The notes under the pieces were generated by a model. That model was not told the DNA's origin. It ran no database searches and saw only the letters and a program-made list of their open reading frames with translations. Source: a virus (lineage: Duplodnaviria > Caudoviricetes). Taken from it: 38,743 bases of DNA. Each line of letters opens with the position of its first letter. Positions within the stretch are counted from its first letter, which is position 1. A program made the position numbers and the translations under genes. Location of the stretch: positions 1-38,743 of IMG/VR virus record IMGVR_UViG_3300023053_000014; one strand, written 5' to 3'. Below are positions 33,571-38,743 of this stretch, one piece after another.

Positions 33571-33909
33571 TCATTGGTGTTCCTGGTAGTAGCACGCGAC
33601 TCGCAGCAGCTCGGCCGGGGTGGCATCGCTCTTGATCTGGTTGGCGCGCGCGGAAATGACGCGCACGTTGCCCCGGACATAGCCGAGATCAGGGACGATG
33701 CGGTCGAGGGTTGGGGAGTTCGGGCCTTGTGCTTTGCGGCCCGCAGCGCGGAACAGCGGGATGCCCAAAGCCGGGCAGTAGTCAGGGACCAACAGGTCTT
33801 CGGCCACGAGGTCGAAGGGGAGGTCCTTTCGTACTGCCCGGCGTCTGGCTTGTCGAACGAGTGCGAGCGCGACTTCCCGTTTCCCACGGGTCAGTGCGTT
33901 TCGGCCCAA
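33571..33909 (-). CDS. HNH-like endonuclease
   Basis: CPALGIPL...SPTLDRIVPDLGYVRGNVRVISARANQIK; start uncertain. Confidence 0.75.
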   Translation of the reverse strand: MGRNALTRGKREVALALVRQARRRAVRKDLPFDLVAEDLLVPDYCPALGIPLFRAAGRKAQGPNSPTLDRIVPDLGYVRGNVRVISARANQIKSDATPAELLRVACYYQEHQ

Positions 33910-35726
33910 TTCGCTCCCACCTTGTATTCGCCATCGAGCGGACAGCGGAACCCGAAGTAATCGCCAGCCTTACGGATGGCGGCCTGGGCGGTCCTGCCGA
34001 CAAACTCGGCTCTGTCCTCGTCCACTTCGATCTGCCACTCATCGTGGATGTTCGCCAGGAACTCGTAATGGACGCCCGGCACCAGCCCTGCGGATTGCAG
34101 GTCCGCGTCGAGGATCACCAGCGCCTTCTTCATTACGAGCGCACCGGCCGACTGCAGGAGGGTGTTCAGCGCGGCATGGTCGCTGCGGATGTGCAGCTTT
34201 CGTCCGTCGAGGCCAATCAGGTAGCCGACCTCGGCTGCTCGCTTCTTCACCCCCTTGACCAGCTTCTCCAGCGCGGGGAGTCCCTTGAGGAACTTGGCGC
34301 GGAGCTGGCCGCCGACCACGCGGCCTTTGCTCACGATGCTGCCGAGCTTCGCGTCGCCTGCCCCGTAGAGGAAGGCGTAGATGAAGGTCTTGGCATTGTC
34401 GCGGGTGGGCAGACCTGCGGCGGCCTGGTTCACCGAGTGGATGTCGCCTTCGAGAATCACCTTGGCGTACTCGCCGCCATCGTGACGTGCCATGAAGTGC
34501 GCGAGGCACCGCAGTTCGAGGCCACTGGCGTCAGCACCTACCTGGCGCTTGCCCCTGGGCACGGTGAACAGTTCACGACATTCCGACCCGTAGGGCACGC
34601 CACACTTGGGCACCTGGGCGATGTTCGGCTTCGAGTGCGTCATCCGGCCGGTGACCGCAGCGTTCTGGTTCACGTTGCCGTGGATTCGACCGCTCTTTTT
34701 CACTGCCTTGAGCCACGCCTCGTCGCCCTCTGCGAGCTGTCCGAGACGCTTGTTGACGATGAAGTATTCCAGCAGGAGCGGGATGATCGGGTACTTGAGC
34801 GGTGCCAGCACGTCTTCGTCGATCTTGACCTGGCCCTTTTCGGTGTACTCGACCGGCCGCCAGCCATAGAGCGCGGTCAGGCGGTCGGCGATGTGGGCAC
34901 GGGAGGCCGGATTGAACACAACCTCCTTGTAGACCACCGCCTCTACGCCCTTCACGTATCCCCGGCGCTTGTCATCCCGCTTCGGGATAAAGCGCTTCTT
35001 CACCACCTTCCAGGGCGGGATCACTTCGCGGAGCTGGTCGCCCAGGAGTGCGCGGCGCACAACAAGGACCTTTTCCAGCTCGCGGGCTTTCTCCTGGTTG
35101 AACAGGTAGCCCCAGCGCTGCTGGCGGGAGAGGATCGGCGCAACCGCCTGCTCAAGCTCGATGGCTTCCTGCGGGAGTCCCTTGGACAGCAGCAACGCCA
35201 GCAGCTTCGTGGTCACCACGACGTCCTGATCGCAGTAGTCGTCCATTTCCTGAGACCACTGTGCCCACGGGTCAAGCCCGCGGTCCTTCATCATCTGCGA
35301 GTAGTCGCCCTTCCACTCGCCGAGGCGGTAGCCCCAGGCTTCGAGGGAGTGGCGGCCGATCATCTTGCCGGGCAGCACCGGGTTCGCACCCTGCTTCTTG
35401 CGTGCCTTGAAGTCTCGGTCCTTGAGGTCCGGGTAGATCAGCGTGGAGATTAGAAGCGTGTCGTAGTACGCCCGGACCTTGAAGCCAGGGTAGACCTTGG
35501 CGATTGCCGGGATGTCGAACCCGGCGATGTTGTGGCCGACAACGCGGTCGGCATTTTGCAGCCTCTCGATTGCTTCACGGATCGTCAGTTCGCCCGTGCC
35601 GTGGTCGTTGGCCGAAAGAACGGGACCAAGCGGTTGCCCGGCCTCGTCTACTTCCTGGAGGGAGATACAGTGAATCGTGGTGAGCTGGTCGAGGAGGCCG
35701 TCAGTTTCACAGTCGAACGTGAGCAA
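33891..35726 (-). CDS. DNA polymerase family A (gp5-like) with 3'-5' exonuclease
   Basis: FDCETDG, GHNIAGFD, HSLEAWGYRLG, DASGLELR, AKTFIYAFLYGAG, IHDE. Confidence 0.96.
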   Translation of the reverse strand: MLTFDCETDGLLDQLTTIHCISLQEVDEAGQPLGPVLSANDHGTGELTIREAIERLQNADRVVGHNIAGFDIPAIAKVYPGFKVRAYYDTLLISTLIYPDLKDRDFKARKKQGANPVLPGKMIGRHSLEAWGYRLGEWKGDYSQMMKDRGLDPWAQWSQEMDDYCDQDVVVTTKLLALLLSKGLPQEAIELEQAVAPILSRQQRWGYLFNQEKARELEKVLVVRRALLGDQLREVIPPWKVVKKRFIPKRDDKRRGYVKGVEAVVYKEVVFNPASRAHIADRLTALYGWRPVEYTEKGQVKIDEDVLAPLKYPIIPLLLEYFIVNKRLGQLAEGDEAWLKAVKKSGRIHGNVNQNAAVTGRMTHSKPNIAQVPKCGVPYGSECRELFTVPRGKRQVGADASGLELRCLAHFMARHDGGEYAKVILEGDIHSVNQAAAGLPTRDNAKTFIYAFLYGAGDAKLGSIVSKGRVVGGQLRAKFLKGLPALEKLVKGVKKRAAEVGYLIGLDGRKLHIRSDHAALNTLLQSAGALVMKKALVILDADLQSAGLVPGVHYEFLANIHDEWQIEVDEDRAEFVGRTAQAAIRKAGDYFGFRCPLDGEYKVGANWAETH

Positions 35727-35738
35727 CGACCTGCCTCC

Positions 35739-36377
35739 TTACGGGTAGCCGTGGTTGGTGACGGGGATCGCGCGAACGCGGCGACGGGCGCGGATGATGT
35801 ATTCCGGCTCCGGGGCTTTCGGCGGGAGGTTGACGCCCTGCGGCGCATGGCCGGGGTAGTCGTCCTCGGCGTCATCCTGTTCCGGCTGGTCCGGATGGAG
35901 GGTGTAGCCGTAGTCCTCGACGTAGTGAGTGATGCGGCGGATCGTCCGCTCGGTGCCGTTGTTGTTGAGGATGAACACCAGCTTCGCGGATGCGTCAGCG
36001 ATGGCTTCCGGGTCGGACACCACGACGACTTGTTCGCCGAGGCAGACAGCCACATGGGCGCAGCAGCGGAGGTCGAAGCGCGCGCAGTGTTCGTCGGGAG
36101 TGCCGAACTCGAAGCCGATCAGGCTGACGAGCTTGCCGCACGGTGAGCGGAAGTTCTTGATTCCGTTCGGTGCTTCCTCGCTTACCCAGCCCGGCTCGGA
36201 ACTCAGCTCGAACGAGGCACGGTAGAAGTCAGCGCAGCTCTTGAAGAAACAGTCGATGTCCTTGATGGCGGTCCCATCGTAGAACGCGCGCAGGCTTCCG
36301 CCACCCAGGACAACCAGGTGGCGGACTTGTACCGGCAACACGTCGAACAGGGACCGAGCGTGCTGCTCGGCAGTCAT
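35739..36377 (-). CDS. Nucleotidyltransferase (poly(A) polymerase / CCA-adding head-like)
   Basis: LGGGSLR...KDIDCFF (GG..R..DxD) and RFDLRCCA motifs. Confidence 0.75.
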   Translation of the reverse strand: MTAEQHARSLFDVLPVQVRHLVVLGGGSLRAFYDGTAIKDIDCFFKSCADFYRASFELSSEPGWVSEEAPNGIKNFRSPCGKLVSLIGFEFGTPDEHCARFDLRCCAHVAVCLGEQVVVVSDPEAIADASAKLVFILNNNGTERTIRRITHYVEDYGYTLHPDQPEQDDAEDDYPGHAPQGVNLPPKAPEPEYIIRARRRVRAIPVTNHGYP

Positions 36378-36387
36378 AGAGGTCCCC

Positions 36388-36639
36388 TTAGCGGATCAGG
36401 CTGGTGATGCGGCTGGCGACGCGCTCGGCGCGGCGCGCTTCTTCTTCATGGGCCTGTGCCTTGGTGACGGCCGCGTTGGCGCGCTCACGCTGGGCTTCGG
36501 CATCGCGCAGCTCGCGCTGGGCCACGGTCAGCAGGCGGTCAACCTGGCCTTCCATGTTCGAGACCAGGGCCTCGACGGTGTCCTTGCGACGGAACGGGGC
36601 GGTGACGACGGTGGTGAACAGGGCGATCAGTTCCTTCAT
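36388..36639 (-). CDS. 83-aa coiled-coil hypothetical protein
   Basis: GAGGAG SD, in operon. Confidence 0.7.
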   Translation of the reverse strand: MKELIALFTTVVTAPFRRKDTVEALVSNMEGQVDRLLTVAQRELRDAEAQRERANAAVTKAQAHEEEARRAERVASRITSLIR

Positions 36640-36827
36640 TGCGGTAGCTCCTCAGCTTTGATTTGAATAGCGATGCGGCGACCCGGCTTGCCGTACATGA
36701 CGCGGCAGGCTTGGTCGGAACGGGGAAGTTGGTAGGGCAATACCAGGCCCTCGGCGAACGAGAGCGGGGCGTCTTCGGGGATGAAGCCGACGACCGTTCG
36801 GCCGTCAGTAGTCGGAGGTCCGTACAC
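36636..36827 (-). CDS. About 63-aa hypothetical protein
   Basis: Fills the gap after the helicase, ATGA overlap downstream; start uncertain. Confidence 0.4.
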   Translation of the reverse strand: MYGPPTTDGRTVVGFIPEDAPLSFAEGLVLPYQLPRSDQACRVMYGKPGRRIAIQIKAEELPQ

Positions 36828-38454
36828 CGGTTTCGTCTCGGAAGGGGAGGTCGTCGTCGAACGACGGTTCCTCGCTGTTGATGAGGCGGCCGGTCGCGTG
36901 GTCATACGTGTAGTGCAGGACCTTGCCGTTCGACTGGCCGGTGAAGCGGTCCTTGAGGACGCGGAAGGTGGTGCAGTTGCGCTCGGCTTCGTTCTCGGCC
37001 TGGGTGTTTCGCTCCAAGCCAAACGCGAAGTGCGTCCAGAAGCCGATTGCCCGACTGCCCTTGAAGTGGCGCAGCATCACGCGCCCGCCCTCTTCGTGGG
37101 GCTTTCCTTCCGGGGTGGCGAGGTGGGAAACCAGGTAGATGCACACGAGGTGGCGTTGCGCGAACTGAGCGATCTTCGCCATCGTGTCTTCGAGCATCTT
37201 GCGTTCGTCCTCCGCACCCGCGGCGAACGAGGTCAGGTTGTCCAGCACGATGTGCTTGACGCCCTCGGCGACGGCCATATGGCCCATCTTCTGCTCGATC
37301 ACGTCCCAATCGGTTGAACCGAAGTGGTCGTAGACGAACACCTGGCCTTGGTCCAGGATCTCGAACGCGGCAACGAGTTCGTCCTGCGTCCAGGTTCCAT
37401 CCGGGACGTGGAACCGCTTGCCGCCGACCTTTCCGGCCATGCGTTTTGCGGTCTCCACCGGCTGCTGCTCTAGGAAGAACAGGCCGACACGGTCGCCGGT
37501 CTCCTGCGCGATGAACGCAGCTTCTTCCATCAGCCAGTCGGTTTTGCCGATGCCGGTGCCTGCGCCGAAGGTGTAGACCTCGCCATACCGCTTTCCGTAG
37601 GTCAGCTCGGTCAGGCGCGGGTCGTGCCAGGGCATACCCATCGTGACCGCAGTGAGGGCCTTCTCCTTGAGTGAGCCGAACGTCACGACACCATCGGGGC
37701 GCTTGGTCTGCGCCTGGTAGATCGCATGAACGATGGCCTCTGCCTCGCCCTTTTGCAGCAGCTCGGACGGGTCTTTGGCCGGGAGCTGGGCGATCTTCGC
37801 CTTGCCCGGCGTGAGCATCAGTGCCACTTCTTGCGCGGCCTTCTGCCCCGGCTCGTCCATATCGAACATGAGGACGACTTCATCGAAGCCCTCGACCCAC
37901 TCCAGCTCGCGTGCGATGCACTTGGCTGCGCCTTGTGCGCCGTTCGGTAGGGAGACCACGGGCCACTTGAGCGAGAGCGCCTGGGCCACGGAGATCGCGT
38001 CGATCTCCCCCTCGGTGATGACCAGGCGACGGCCTGGCTGGTAGAGGTGCTGGCCGTAGAGGCCGCAGCCTTTGCTGTCGCCGATGAAGGAGAACTTCTT
38101 GTCGGGATAGCGGAGTTTCTGCGCGACGATCTCGCCGTCGCGGCGGTAGGTCGCAATCTGCACGGTCTTGCCGTGCTTATCGGTGCCGAGCCAATAGCTG
38201 TACTTGCGGCACGCTTCTTCGGTCAGGCCACGCTTCTTGAGCGCGGCCGGTTCGCCACGCGCAAAGTCGGTCATGGTGGTCCTGCGGGGTTGCTGGGGTC
38301 TCGCCCCCTCCTCGTCGGAGGGGACGTATGCGTCACAGGCGAAGCAGAATTGATGCCCGTCCGTGTAGAGCGAATTGGCGTCTGAGCTGCCGCAGTTCTC
38401 GCAGGGGATGTGCTGCAAGAACTCGCTGTCGTTGTCCCGGTTACTTCCCCGCAC
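36805..38454 (-). CDS. Primase-helicase (gp4-like)
   Basis: CENCGSSDA...FCFAC zinc finger, ITEGEIDA TOPRIM, FDMDEPG, GAGTGIGKT Walker A, LVSHL, FKGSRAI. Confidence 0.96.
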   Translation of the reverse strand: MRGSNRDNDSEFLQHIPCENCGSSDANSLYTDGHQFCFACDAYVPSDEEGARPQQPRRTTMTDFARGEPAALKKRGLTEEACRKYSYWLGTDKHGKTVQIATYRRDGEIVAQKLRYPDKKFSFIGDSKGCGLYGQHLYQPGRRLVITEGEIDAISVAQALSLKWPVVSLPNGAQGAAKCIARELEWVEGFDEVVLMFDMDEPGQKAAQEVALMLTPGKAKIAQLPAKDPSELLQKGEAEAIVHAIYQAQTKRPDGVVTFGSLKEKALTAVTMGMPWHDPRLTELTYGKRYGEVYTFGAGTGIGKTDWLMEEAAFIAQETGDRVGLFFLEQQPVETAKRMAGKVGGKRFHVPDGTWTQDELVAAFEILDQGQVFVYDHFGSTDWDVIEQKMGHMAVAEGVKHIVLDNLTSFAAGAEDERKMLEDTMAKIAQFAQRHLVCIYLVSHLATPEGKPHEEGGRVMLRHFKGSRAIGFWTHFAFGLERNTQAENEAERNCTTFRVLKDRFTGQSNGKVLHYTYDHATGRLINSEEPSFDDDLPFRDETGVRTSDY

Positions 38455-38623
38455 GCTCCACCGACCACATGCGCTTGCGGTAGGAGACGCCCAGGCGGCG
38501 GTTCAGGCCGCTCTTGACGCGCTGGTAGTTGCCCGACTTGCGGGCGGCGGTGACGTCGCCCTTGACGGAAGCCTCGAAGGCCAGGCGCATGACGGACGGG
38601 ATGACGGTGGTGGTCTGGTTCAT
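38441..38623 (-). CDS. 60-aa basic hypothetical protein
   Basis: GGAG SD, overlaps the primase start. Confidence 0.55.
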   Translation of the reverse strand: MNQTTTVIPSVMRLAFEASVKGDVTAARKSGNYQRVKSGLNRRLGVSYRKRMWSVERAGK

Positions 38624-38743
38624 GCTGCGTGGTTCTCCAGGAAGGTGCGGAAGGCCGCGACCTCGGTGTCGAGATCGCCGTCGTACAGGTCGAGTTCGGT
38701 GCGGCAGTAGTCGCGGTAGGCGTTCAGCACCTTGTCGATGCGG

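Larger units (their letters stand above)
126..38743 (-). mobile_element. Temperate T7-like (Autographiviridae-type) prophage, continues beyond the right edge
   Basis: Integrase next to a tRNA 3' end, T7-like replication and podovirus morphogenesis modules, permuted gene order (late genes, then end region, then early genes, then integrase). Confidence 0.93.

Overview
The window is about 38.6 kb of an integrated T7-like (Autographiviridae-type) prophage in a high-GC host, inserted at the 3' end of a tRNA-Leu(TAG) gene (39-125). Almost all genes are on the minus strand and the order is circularly permuted, as expected for a prophage. Reading right to left: primase-helicase, nucleotidyltransferase, family A DNA polymerase, HNH-like nuclease, spanin pair, exonuclease, dNMP kinase, portal, scaffold, capsid, tail tubes, internal virion proteins, three tail/receptor-binding genes, holin, terminases, lysozyme, an Ntn-peptidase, a putative genome-end region, tandem sigma70 early promoters, early genes (including ArdA), a MarR-like repressor and a tyrosine integrase. 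The phage RNA polymerase and the second att site are not in the window. The most striking unexplained element is a ~540-nt stretch with no credible gene, densely base-paired (UUCG/GNRA loops, tandem G-A pairs, multibranch domains), between the early promoters and the first early gene. It is a candidate large structured phage ncRNA, and it lies upstream of an operon broken up by repeated terminator+RBS cassettes. Protein assignments come from motif recognition and synteny only; no searches were run.
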